Source of the DNA: Phoronis australis
Taxonomy: Eukaryota; Animalia; Phoronida
DNA: 64,000 nucleotides
Assembly: GCA_002633005.1 (NCBI GenBank)
Contig: NMRA01000011.1
Location: 439,395-503,394, forward strand
Reading direction: 5' to 3'
Below are positions 1 to 12,000 of this stretch, in pieces. Every line of letters begins with the position of its first letter. Positions within the stretch are counted from its first letter, which is position 1. The translations under genes and the position numbers were made by a program. The notes under the pieces were generated by a model. It saw nothing but the letters and a program-made list of their open reading frames with translations. It was not told where the DNA came from and did no database searches.

Positions 1-589
1 CCCATAGGTTGTGCTGTTTACAGGTGAAAAACGTTTGCCCCTAACAATCATCCAATTATCCCAACATTTATCTTCAACTGTTACTGTGGGCGTTCACCAC
101 ACATGAGATACCATCTAGGTCAACTAATGAACCACTGGTCTACAGAACAGTCTTTTGTGTAGTCATGTGTATCAAAGTTGATCTAGCGAGCTGCCACCTG
201 GGGGATGTTTTCAAAATAATACTACAGTGTTGACTAACAGGTCATGATTGTATTCGATTTTCAAGACGAAAGTTGCAAAACACCAGTTACGTATTTGAGA
301 AGCATTCACATGAAATTGACACCAAACCAATACTAAATCATCGATCAACACACTGTCAGAAAGACACCTTCATATTCCAAATCTACAGATGGTGTACATA
401 TTTTGATTTTGATCTTGAGAATGACATGGTGAAATTTAGCAAGTGTTTTCTTGTGAATGTGACAACAAATGACAGTGGCTGAACAGATCTGATCACTACT
501 GTGTCCCCTAGTTGCAATTGTATTTTTTCCATTTTGCCTCTCTATCTTCTTGTTTTGTTGGTGGATTTTTTTGAAATCTTGCCAATTTA

Positions 590-753
590 AGTAAGGTATC
601 TATTAATGAGACACCAACACCTTCCCATTTTTGAATGGATACAACCTATTTAGCGCCACCTAGTGATCATTTTACTATTTTTGAGCCTGAAAAGAATTAC
701 ACCATTTACAATGCTGTCTTGGGCACATTTCAGTGCTTTGCGTTGTCTATGTT
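590..753 (+). mobile_element. 3' fragment of HINE/Helentron-like family A
   Basis: shares tctattaatgaga, gcgccacctagtga and the 3' terminus gggcacatttca..tgcgttg with full copies; ends about 35 nt before the exon 2 acceptor. Confidence 0.55.
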
Positions 754-788
754 ACCATTTTAATGAGATTGTTAATTTTCTTTTTCAG

Positions 789-883
789 AGGAGCATTTTC
801 TATTGTCCGACGATGCGTCCAAAAAGACAGTGGTTTAGAGTTTGCAGCTAAAATTATTAACACACGGAAACTGTCTGCTCGAG
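789..883 (+). CDS. CaMKII: CaMKII exon 2 (95 nt): Gly-rich loop to AAK lysine
   Basis: tttttcag|A GGA GCA TTT...CGA G|gtaagg; translates (K)[31 protein letters not shown]; size and phases match vertebrate CAMK2 exon 2. Confidence 0.96.
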
Positions 884-2287
884 GTAAGGGCAGTTTGTTA
901 TTCAGTGTTTTAAAGAGACTTGAAGCTGCAAGGTTACTGGCAAACCGGGGTTGTAGTCTGATGACACATCAAGTGTCCTATTGTCACTGCTAGGAAAGTA
1001 TTTCTTTCATCTTGTTTTTGATAAGGAAATGCCAGCAAAAGTTTCAAGACCTGAATCGAATGCAGTTTGCTTGTTGGAGTAAGGAATGAACGCACACTTT
1101 GTAATTTTTTTTCAACAAGCCATTACAAAGCACCTCTCAGTCACCATAAACATTTAGGTTAACGCTGCCTGGGGGGCACTTAAATTGGCATGTTTGGAAA
1201 TCGGAAGTGGGCGCTTAACTAGAGATGGGCACTCAAAATGGCATTTTAAGAAAGTGGTGGGGGTTTACCCAAACGTGCGCTTAACCCGATCCAAGCAGTG
1301 GACTCTTCGTGTTGCTTAAGTGAGACTGTAGCCGGCCTGCCTCGCCTCTCTGGTGTGCTGTGGTGGTCATAAGCTAACTAAATGTTGTAATGATGGATTT
1401 TCTAATTTCACATGGTTGTGTAATATTCATTGACCTCTTGAGAAGCTTGGACACAACAGAAATGGTGAAGGTTTCCTAACAGGTTGTTCCAGCCATTTCT
1501 TAAGTTGGTTTATCGCCAATGCATCATCACTCCAGTCAAATGTTCCCAGTAATTGAATATCTTGCATCAGCTGAGCTGCTTTCTGTCTTGGGCGATTGAA
1601 TTTATTCCCCTGTCATCCCCATCAAGAAAATTATCTGTAATTTATGCTTAACTTAGCTTTGCCTGGCAATTTATTGTATTAAGTATATCTCAAACCTTAT
1701 TAACAAAAATTGGCCGTTTTTATTATGTTTCACATATGTCTGGCAATATACGTTATCTTCATTCTGGGGGAACTTCAAATACAAAATACATGTCGTCTAG
1801 CAAGAAAAAAAGATTTAGCAGAACCACCTTAGAATCGCACAACCCCATGGAAATTTGTTTACCACTCATGTGAGGTCAAAGGTTACGAAGCTGTCACTCA
1901 AATTGAATCTCCCGCCAGGCATAGTGCAGTTCCCTATGTAACCTCAGTCCTTTCATTCACTGTGTCATTATAATATTGAGTCAACGAGGTGTACATACAT
2001 ATCTGATAGAAAGATGCCAGGGAAAACATTTAGACGAAACGTAGTTTTAATCCTGAGGGAGTTGAGTGTCTGCATGCATACGACTGACCGTTGAGAACGA
2101 ATGCCTCGCGCCTCTGTGACTGTGAAAAGAAATAAATCATTGAGATTGCATATTTTGATAGGTTATTTGACATTTCGCTCTTTCAATCTCATGGTCACAA
2201 CGGGCTTTAACCACTGACTCAATTTCTGTTATCCGTTTTGTACTTGGCTTCATATCAGTCTCCCAGCATGTGGTGTGTATATCAGTG

Positions 2288-2321
2288 AACTGTTGACCTA
2301 CTTTTAAGTAGGTCAACAGTT
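2288..2321. repeat. Perfect 16-bp palindrome with 2-nt loop
   Basis: aactgttgacctactt-tt-aagtaggtcaacagtt. Confidence 0.9.
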
Positions 2322-3253
2322 GAGTCGGCTTGTCGGACTGGAGACAGTTACGAAATTAATACCAATAATTAAGTTAATTGCTCTCTGCATATTCAGTTGG
2401 CATTGCGAATGAATGTTGAAATAGCAAACATGGTTAAGGCATGTATAGGTTATATTGACCGAAAACAAGTTTTCACCAAATAATTAACCAAAGGCCTTTA
2501 GATTTGCACGTGTCCCAACTTAATTGGCTTTTACTTGGCTTCGGAAAAACGACTTAATTTGAACTTTGGAACACAAGTTTGCTGAAACTTTCCAAACTTA
2601 AAATTTATGCCTCAGTCTCAAAAATGCTTTTAGCATTTTTGATATAAAGGCCTACTGTTTGCGTAATGTAACAAAGACAAATATGTCTGCTATTTTTTAC
2701 AAAAAATACCTTACGTTTTGTGAGTTGGTTTGGCATAGAAACCAAACTAAGATAGTAATCGAAAATTACTGTCAGTGTTTTTGAAGTAACTGGTTAAGTT
2801 ATCATTTAAACAAGGTTTCATTAAAATCGACTGAGGTGTTATATTGCTATGAATGTATCTTTCTTAAAAATTAAATTTTGACTTAAAAAAGGTGTTTTTG
2901 TAATAGTGATAATGGCTCACAAAATATATTTTTATAATCCTTATTCTTTTTTCTTTCAGAAAATATGTTTTTCTGCTAGTTGACAAAGCCTGTTTCTTGA
3001 TATATGAGTTAGAATGGAGGCCATTAAATAAGGCTTGAGATAAATTTTAACTTGAACATGACCTAACTGCATATGTCTCTCACATAATTGTTGTTTTGAA
3101 GGCTGTTGGTTGAATGTGAACATTTGATTTGTCAGGTACTTAGGTTGCTTGTTAATCTACTTAATGGTTATCTTTGAATCTAAGCCAAACCTATCACCAT
3201 GTTTTTTTGCAGTTGACATGCCTGAAAGTAGTTGTGGCAGAAATAAATCAACT

Positions 3254-3560
3254 GTTTGCCCAAACACAGAAACATGTTAGACCAAAATATCAGTTTGCCC
3301 AGACACAGAAACGTGCTGGTCCAAAGTGTCTATTTGCCCAGACACAGAAAGGTGTTGGTCCGAAACGTCAGTTTGCACAGAAGCAGAAACATGTTGGACC
3401 AAAATATCAGTTTGCCCAGGCACAGAAACATGTTGGTCCAAAAGACCAGTTTGCCCAGACACAGAAACATGTGTGACCAAATTATCTGTTTGCCTTTAAC
3501 GCAAAACATGTTGGACCAAAATTTGAGTTTGCCCAGATACAGACCCATGTTGGACCAACA
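3254..3560. repeat. 39-bp minisatellite (about 8 copies)
   Basis: unit gtttgcccagacacagaaacatgttggaccaaaatatca; gives the 13-aa-periodic pseudo-ORFs. Confidence 0.9.
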
Positions 3561-3564
3561 TTGT

Positions 3565-4125
3565 CACAGAGGTAGTGGGAATACACTGCTTGAGGATGCC
3601 AGAGGTAGTGGGGGAGCACTGTTCGGGGGTGACAGGTTTAGTGGTGGGACACTGCGTGGAAATGACAGGTATTGAAGGGAAACACTGGGGATGAAAGGTA
3701 GTGGGGGCACTATTTGGGGATGACAGAGGTAGTGGGGGTGGGCAGTGCTTGGTGGTGACAGGCGTAGTAGGGGGACACTGTTTGGGGATGACATGGGTAG
3801 TGGGGAACACTGCTTGGAGATGACAAGTATTGAACGGAAACACGGGGGATGAAAGGTAGTGTGGGGGGGGGGGCACTATTTGAGATGATACAGCTAGTGG
3901 GGGAGGCATTGTTTGAGGATCACAGGTGGTGTGGGGGCAGTGCTTGGTGGTGACAGGGATAGTTGGGGGACACTGCTTGGGGATGACATCTTTAGTGGGG
4001 AGGCACTGTTTTGGGATGACAGAGGTAGTGGAATTGGACACTGTTTGGGGATGACATAAGTTGTGGGGGACACTGTTTGGAAATGACAGGTATAGTGGTA
4101 GGACACTGCTTGATGGCATAGAGGT
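3565..4125. repeat. G-rich minisatellite, unit about 31 bp
   Basis: degenerate unit gacagaggtagtggggg(a)cactgtttggggat. Confidence 0.85.
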
Positions 4126-5122
4126 ATCAGCGTATACCAAACTTGATTGTTTTATGTGCCCTAACTTTGTATGATCGTTGACTTCCACAAATATATGGAA
4201 ATTGTCTAGAATTGAACTACACTGCTAATGGTGTTTGATGTATGGTCTCCAAGAAAGCCATTTTGTTGGAAACGTTTTGTTGGGTTTAGGAAAATATGTG
4301 TTACAATGCAAATGCAGACGCTAATCTTCATTTTGGCCAATCAATTCACTATGTGTGAGAAGACAGGTGACACTTTTTACAGCAAAATTTCACAATAGGG
4401 AGGACTAGTGAAACAAAAGTTATGTAACAATTTCAAAAATCATCTTTAAGTGAGCTATAGCACATATCTGCTCTCAGACAATGCCCTGAGTAACGCTGGA
4501 AGTTTATCAACAGTGTTAGAAGCCTTTACAATAATTTTTGTTCAAAATTGTTGTATTACTGTGTGCATATTTGTACCATTTTCCTTGTCTTCATGGTTTA
4601 TGGCATGCTGGTGAATGTTTATGAAGCACTTATAATTCATATAGGGGCCAGACTGTGAGACTACGGTACTCAACAGAGTGCCATTATGGTGTCTGGTGGC
4701 TGAGCTGCTTTCTCAGTTTATTTAATGACATTATGGAAATCATTGATTTTGTTATAAACTTCCCAGCTCAAATGTGCTAGTTGTTGCAATGGCTACTGCT
4801 TCACTCTGTTTTAATAATTAATTGCGCATCATCGGCTTCTCATATTTAAAGTGATCGCGAGTGTATATGCTGGCATAAGGAGAGTGTGAATAATTCATTG
4901 GCTTGTCGTTTGTTTCCATCAACTGAGGCCACTTGTCAGAGAGGTCCTACACATGTGTTCCTTTTATGTTTATCCCTCCATTTCTGCTTGAAATCCCGAT
5001 TCCTTCATTTTTCACCAATTCCATTTTTGTGTCATAAAACAGGAGACATTTGTAGTGATATGAACAGTTTTAAGCTAAATTTCATCCCGTTTAGTTGGTT
5101 AAAAACTGAATTTGACCTTTTA

Positions 5123-5609
5123 AGGGCCTTTCATACTAACGTCGACGTGTCGATGGTTTGGGGAGTTGCGGTCAGTATGAATGCTTAACTCCGGTCCTGG
5201 ATGGCAGTTAACAGCTCCAATTAACATCGTAGTTAACAGGTGGATTTAACAGCGCAACGTCGACGCTGCGGTGCAGTATGAACGGTTAACTTTGGTCCAA
5301 TCGAAGTTATCGCCAGGTCCGACTGTTATCGTCAACAATTATAGGGTAGTGCTATCACTAATAGCTGCTTACATTTTGCTCTTATAATAACCAAAAATAA
5401 GTTTAATGTCAATTAGCAAATTGTCACAATGAAAAATATCTTAGCGTACAGCGCTACCTTGCGGTAACTTTGATGACGTCAGCATCACCTACCGTTTACT
5501 TCGAAGTTCATTTACTACGGAAGCCAGAATGAACGGTCCAGTTAACTGCGCTGTTTACGTCGACGCTCCGCTCAGACCAGCACGAAGTTAAGTCAATATG
5601 AAAGGGCCT
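5123..5609 (+). mobile_element. PIF/Harbinger-type MITE (487 bp)
   Basis: TIRs agggcctttcatactaac / gtcaatatgaaagggcct (15/18 match), TTA direct repeat on both flanks (5120-5122, 5610-5612). Confidence 0.75.
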
Positions 5610-6740
5610 TTAGTGTTCTCATAGAATCAGTGTTACAATATTCCTTTCTGTCATAGGGTTTGTTACTAACAAGAACATCAAAACTGTCACTCCGTCAGCA
5701 ACTCAAGAGAACACTTGGGGTTAAGCAAGGCTTATTTGTGATTTTTGACAATGGTGTGGGTATGGCCCGAGTTTGGGTAAACTATGTATGCATTGCCTTT
5801 GACTTCAGTTAGTTTACAAATGTCATTACGATAAGGGATACTGTGGGACAGATTTTATGACAAAAGGTCTAATTAAATTTTCATTAAGACAACTAAACGA
5901 GGTGAAATTCAGCTTTTATGTTCAGTCTTCAGCGACCATCAGCAACTGCTCACTTTAGTTTGATAGCTTTAAGGTGACTGGCCGGAAATAGGCTTGGAAA
6001 TCATTGTTTTATATTGATACAACTAAATAAGGTTGGTACAGAATTCAAGAGTCTTCCTATCACTTGCTTTTATTGCTTCTCAGCTCTTAAAATAATTTCG
6101 AATTTGAAAATGAAATCGCCATAATTTTGAAAAGCATCGTAGACCTTCATGCAAAGTTGCCAACTGTCCTACCATTGGCTGAATGGCCACATTTTTTGAA
6201 GCTTCAGCATTGGAATTTCTCACTTTTTGGACATAAGTGAAAATATTTAGAAACCCATGTTGTTATATTCTTGTCCATTTTCTGTGCTTTTGTGCAGTTG
6301 ATTTCACAGGCACAACCGAAGCCCCATTGCGGCATCTTATGTCCAAATGCACTGTTTTTCCATTTTGGAATGTTGGTTGCTATGACTATGCAAGTGATCA
6401 GAATGTGTGTTGAATGACTTGCTAACCAGTAACTTCTATGCTCAATAGACTAGCCACTTGTAGCCAGGTAATTTTCCTCATGTCTTTTGCATTGATAAAC
6501 ATTTCATTATAGCCAATAACCATTTTAAAATTGTATTAAGATAGTTTATCATTGAAGCCTATGTCACTGCTACAGTTCATGTAGCATACTCTGGTATGAG
6601 GTCTAACCTACTTGTGGTGGCTGTGAGCCCAAAATAGCTGGCTGTTTCAGTTACACCACCATATGTCTGACTTGATGAGACCTTGGTAATGTACAGCTAC
6701 TAATGATTAGTCAAAATGCAATCATTAAGCAGTTAGCTGG

Positions 6741-6822
6741 AATAATAGAGTTGGCCTAATTAATGTCAGAATAATAGAGTTGGCCTAATTAATTTTGTAA
6801 TAATAGACTTGGTTTAATTAAT
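6741..6822. repeat. Short tandem repeat x3
   Basis: aataatagagttggcctaattaat repeated at about 30-bp spacing. Confidence 0.7.
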
Positions 6823-6887
6823 ACTGTATATTCCTGTATTCCAGTTTCTTGAAGACTGTTATTTGACATTTTGATGCTTGCTTCAAA

Positions 6888-7230
6888 TTGTGATGTGCCT
6901 GTGTGTTTCAAGCAGCTTTGGAACCTGTGTCATGTGCTTTTGTGTTTCAAGCTGTTCTATAGGTCGGGTGATGGGCCTCTGTTTCAAGCAGCTCTGGAGC
7001 TCTCGTGATGTGCTTCTGTGTTCCAGGCAGCTTTGGAGTCCTGTGATGTGCTCCTCAGTGTTTCAAGCAGGTCTGATCTGGAGAGCTCACATGGTGTGTG
7101 GTGTGCTTCTATGTTTCAAGTAGATCTGGAACCCCTGTGATGTGCTCCTGAGTGTTTCAAGCAGCTTCTGTGTTTCAGGCAACTTTGGAACCTATATGAT
7201 GTCCTCCTGTGTTACAGGCAGCCATATGAT
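6888..7230. repeat. Degenerate minisatellite, unit about 37 bp
   Basis: tgtgatgtgc(t)tctgtgtttcaagcagct(t)tggaacc repeated about 9 times. Confidence 0.75.
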
Positions 7231-7786
7231 GCATTTGAAGCAGCTTGATACTAATTTAAGGTTTGGCAAATTCAATTGGAATTTGTTCTTGTTAAGCCAA
7301 GTCAGTGACTGCTTTAGGCTGGTTTCTGGGTAATTCTCCAATTTATCATATTTATTGCTTTTCGTGTGTTATTGATGTGTCTGTGATGTCAGTTTGTGTG
7401 CCTAAAGGTGGTGACAGGTTTGCTGATCCCTTATAAGGCCTTTTCCCATTGAGTTAAATCCACAAAGAGATGGTCTGATGAGAAGTGAACTTCGACTGGC
7501 ATCAGTTCTAAGCCGACATTAAAGTCAATAAAGGTTTAGTGATGCAAGGGGCAGTTTTAAACTGAAAGTTTTTACTGTACCATAAGAAATTTTTAAATAT
7601 AAAGTAAGAGTCCAGTTTCGGAAAATCCTTGAACTAGTAGAAGGAATGGTGAATATTTGTAGAAAGCAATTTTTTATGCAACTCATGCTGTTGTTGATAT
7701 CAACGTGTGCCGATAACTTAAATGCCACTGTAAAGGTGACGGTGGTGTATTGCCACTTTTAGAGGAACGTATTACCTCAAAAATGA

Positions 7787-9071
7787 TTTTATTATGCGCC
7801 GTCATCTCGGTCTGTCCGTCCGGCGTCCGTTCGTCGGGCATCCGCTGCTCTATCTCCAAAACCCCTCGACGGACGTATGTTCATGAAATTTTGCACACGT
7901 GTTCCTTTCATGGATGGGATGGCATGAGCGAACGTTTGGACGGATCCGGTGTGCCTCCTAGTGGCAAATTTAGGTTTTTACGTTTACCTCTGTATCTTCA
8001 AAGGTACGTATTTTCATAAAACTTAGTGTACTGGCATCTATTAGTGAGATGACACTATCCTTTCGTTTTCACATGGATTTGACATAGTTTGCGCCACGTA
8101 GTGGCCATTGCTATTGTTGTTGAGTCTGTTTTTTGGCATCCACCCCTCTATCAACTAAACCGCTCTAAGGATGATTGTGAAAATTGGCATATATGTTCTT
8201 ACTATGTAGAAGACGGCTGACGATGATTTTCCGACGTCTTTGAGTACTGTGGCACTTCTTAGTGGCAGTTTTTTTGCGCCCATGGATATATCTCCTAAAC
8301 TGTTTGCAAGATCTTTACTAAATTTAACATGTGTACTTCTATGATATTGACAACGAACGACAACGACTTTTGGGCGGATATGTCTACCGGTGTGCCCCCT
8401 AGTGGCAATTTTAGCTTTTTACGTTTCATACGTTGACCTCTGTACCTTCAATGGTCTTCAATGGAGTTTTGAATATAGGCATCTATTGGTGAGATGACGC
8501 TATCCTCTTGTTTTGGATGGAATTGAGGTATTTTGCACCACCTAGTGGCCATTCTTGCTGTTTTTTAACATCCCCTCCACCAACCAAAGCATTTTGAGGA
8601 TGGTTTTGAAGATTGACGTATATGTTCTCAGTGTGAAGAGGACGGTTGATAATGACTACTTTGACTACTGAGGTGCCTCCTAGTGGAATAAGTTCTGTTT
8701 TGTTTTGTTTTGCGCCCACTGCTATATCTCCTAAAGACACTGCAGGGTCTTTATTAAATTTTTTAAGTGTATTTCTATGAAGCTAACGACAGACAATGAT
8801 TACTTTCAGGCGGATCCAACGAACGCTGTGCCCCCTAGTGGCAATTTCATTTTATTCTGTTTTCCTTTGTTTCTCTGAAGTTCCTTGACAGATTTTTATG
8901 AAATTTGGTGAATAGCTTTCTATTGAAGAAGCAATGATATGTTCCCGTTTTCGGATGGATTGGAGGTTTTTTTCTCCATCTAGTGGCCATCTTTACTAAC
9001 AAACGACCGAAAAAGCTCCCCATTTGCGTTGCATTCATGGGCACATTTCAACGCTCTGTGTTGCTCTTGTT
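7787..9071 (+). mobile_element. HINE/Helentron-like family A copy (about 1.29 kb)
   Basis: 5' gtctgtccgtcc microsatellite, internal subrepeats of about 145 bp with cctagtggc, 3' gggcacatttcaacgctctgtgttgctcttgtt. Confidence 0.75.
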
Positions 9072-12000
9072 CTGGTACGCTCTCGATAAGCAAAGTGACC
9101 ATTTTGGTACAGTGGACACCCTTGGTGAGCAGTTTTCAGATACTGCTGTCTCTAAATAAAGGTCTACTGTCATTTTGTCTTCATGGTTATTGAGGCTGAA
9201 TTATGTACCTACCGCATGTATGGTAGAATATTCATTGCAATGTGGTCTGGAAACGATAACAGCTTTTTGGTGGAAAATAATGTATTCTGGGACATATATA
9301 GTAGCCAGGAGGAGATTGCGAGAAAATGGGACATGCATTGACCTCTTGAACTGGGTTTTGTTCAATTTTTCGAAACCTTTGCAAAATTGAAAGTCAGGGT
9401 AATTAGGATGTTTTGTCAGTGAAGCATATCGGTGGAGTTCAATCTAGGTTGCCATGATCTCACCTAGCAGTTATTGACAGATTCTCGATTTATTGCACAT
9501 TAAATGGCATGAAACTAAACAGAAATGTTACAGGAGAGTTATGTGACAAAATCAGAAATTGGGTTGAAGTTTCAGGGAAGGAATAAAGTTTTGGTCAACT
9601 GATGTCAGGTTGTCTTACCCAGGGGTTCTGGTGTTGGATCTGAAAGCTTGAGAGCCTTCACCCTCGTGTGTTCAACTTCAAATGGGGATTGACTCTTGTG
9701 TGTGCTGTTACCCATGTGATCTTCATCTTTCATTTTGAGAAACATTATTGTTCACAATTTGTTTTGTACGTAGTATGACTATGAAGAAAATACTCAGAAC
9801 TTCGAGACATACTGTGATTACTAGTTAGGGAATTGTTTATTTTGAACCTGTGTTGTCAAGTTTATGAGTCAATATCTGGAAAATTCCTCAGATTGCTGTG
9901 GGTGAGTGGGTTCGATTTGTGCCAACCTGGAAATGTGTGTGGATTTCTGACGCTCATCAACTACCGTAAGTCACAGCATAGGGATCGACACACAGCATGG
10001 CACAGGGACCCACCACCATGGTTTGTTTTGTTCAACCTCATTGCATGGTTTTTCAAACTCCATGTAGGTATCGGGGCAAAATCTAAATTTGTCACTGCAA
10101 CATCTCGTGTAAAGTAAAATCAGCATTGATTTGCATCACTTTCAGTTTATGTGTAATCCTTGCAATAAAACAGCATTTTTGTGGGATAGGGAAGAGTGTA
10201 CCGTATTTGTAACAGGTGTGCCTCATGATCAAGGAGGTTATAAACACAGGGCAGACATAAATTATACCATGTTGGTACCAGGTGGTGGCCTGGCTCATGA
10301 ACAGAAAGAGTCCAACATGGGATGCTCTGAGAGTGCTCAGTGTTTCTCCTGCACAGTAATACAGATGTGGCCGTTATGCACTTTCACCCTCGGTAAAGAG
10401 TAAAGGCGGTGCTTACCAAATGTTATATGCCGCTAGAGGAATATTGAGGTTTCCAAGTTATTTTCTATGAAAGTCTACTAATTTTGAGACTAGATAATTT
10501 CCAAGAAATTGTATTTTTTCTATAAGTTCTAGGCGCTATTTTTTGCTAGTAGGAATAGCATGAGAAAGTTGAAGCGATCTTTTTCAGTTGAAATCTAATG
10601 TGGTTGCTTTTATTCAAATTAATTAAGAAAAATATTATTTGTGTCCTCAAAATGTTCAACCAGTTACACGTCACTTTGTGTTGTTTTGTATGCAAATGCC
10701 ACTTTAATTTTGCTGCCTTCTCAAACTCTGCTGCAGTCTTTGCCGTGGTATGGAGTCAGCAGCATGTGGTATGGAGTCAACAGCATGTGGTATGGTGTTT
10801 CTCCCCATGAGGCCCAACATCCTGTTGTGATTGATATCAGCATGCCCACACATGAGTTTTTGTTATTTCTCGAATTAGCTTCTTCACTGTTCACGATCAT
10901 GCTTAAATACGATTGGTATGATTTGATTATCCTGGCCAATTACTGTTTTGGAGTTTAATTGCTAGTCTGGTTTTTGGATTTAATGCTTCAAAAGCAGCAT
11001 TATGGATTAAATACAGGAATAGAGCGAGGGGAAGGTTTTTACGAGATATTCCTCTCTTGCTATTTCTGTCCACAGATTAAGCCAGTTCTCCTGCTATTAC
11101 CTGTGGTTGATTGCACATCCAACTGGTCACCAATTGATATGTATGTTGTCAAATGGTAGAAACAAAATAGGCACAGCCATGCCCTGGCATTATTACTGTT
11201 GGTCTCTCTTGGGAAATAAATTTTGATCTTCTTGAACCATTAATTAATCGTCTTAGTTTCATTGAATCTGTTTAGTTTTGAGCTATTGAGGATTATCTTA
11301 AAAGAAAAATATTGTTATGTCACAAGCTGCTAGGATAGTGGAAAAGGAAAATTTCACTGTTCTACAGTAATTCCGTTCTGTGTTCTCCGTGCCAGCCGTC
11401 CAGTTTTTCGTGGAACTTTAGTTTAGTCTTCATTGTTGCCGTGACATCAACAACTTTGTTGAACTTACTATGAATAGTGGATGACATTTATTTATGATTT
11501 AGAAAAAATGCTGTGTTGCATTTAAGGAAGGAAATGCAAGTTACGTGGGAAGACTTGGTCACGATCTGACACTACCCGTAAAGCAAAAGAATCTGAGTTT
11601 CATTTTTGTTGTCCATACACACCTTTGCGCCCCTTGGCGTACTTCTATGAAGGCCAGTGTATTTACCGCGTTATGCATTGTAAGATCCGTATACTTGGCA
11701 CACTACACTATGACATGTAGATCCGGTGTGTAACACCCTTAAGGAAGTACCCTTCTTTATTGACTGTGTGTGTATTGAGGTGAATGAAGTGAGTACTGAC
11801 TCACTCTCTTTATTGGTTACTGCTATCTTGTGTGGTCAGTGTCCAGTGGTCAGCATGGCCTTAGTTTATAGGTACACTGATACTGGTCCCACATCATCAT
11901 CATTTTCTGCCTTTCACTAACTTCAGTCAAGACCTGCCTATCACTTCTCCACACAAATGAGCAGACTCTGTTATTTTATTGATTTTCCAAGCCTGTGCTG

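Noticed and set aside
3174-4188. Long repetitive ORFs (100-230 aa) on both strands
   Set aside because: Translations of minisatellites, open in several frames at once, intronic, no splice or domain support
11076-11140. Strong acceptor with downstream gtatgt as an alternative exon 3
   Set aside because: Immediate in-frame TAA, 65 nt, no CaMKII homology; a poison exon cannot be supported without RNA data
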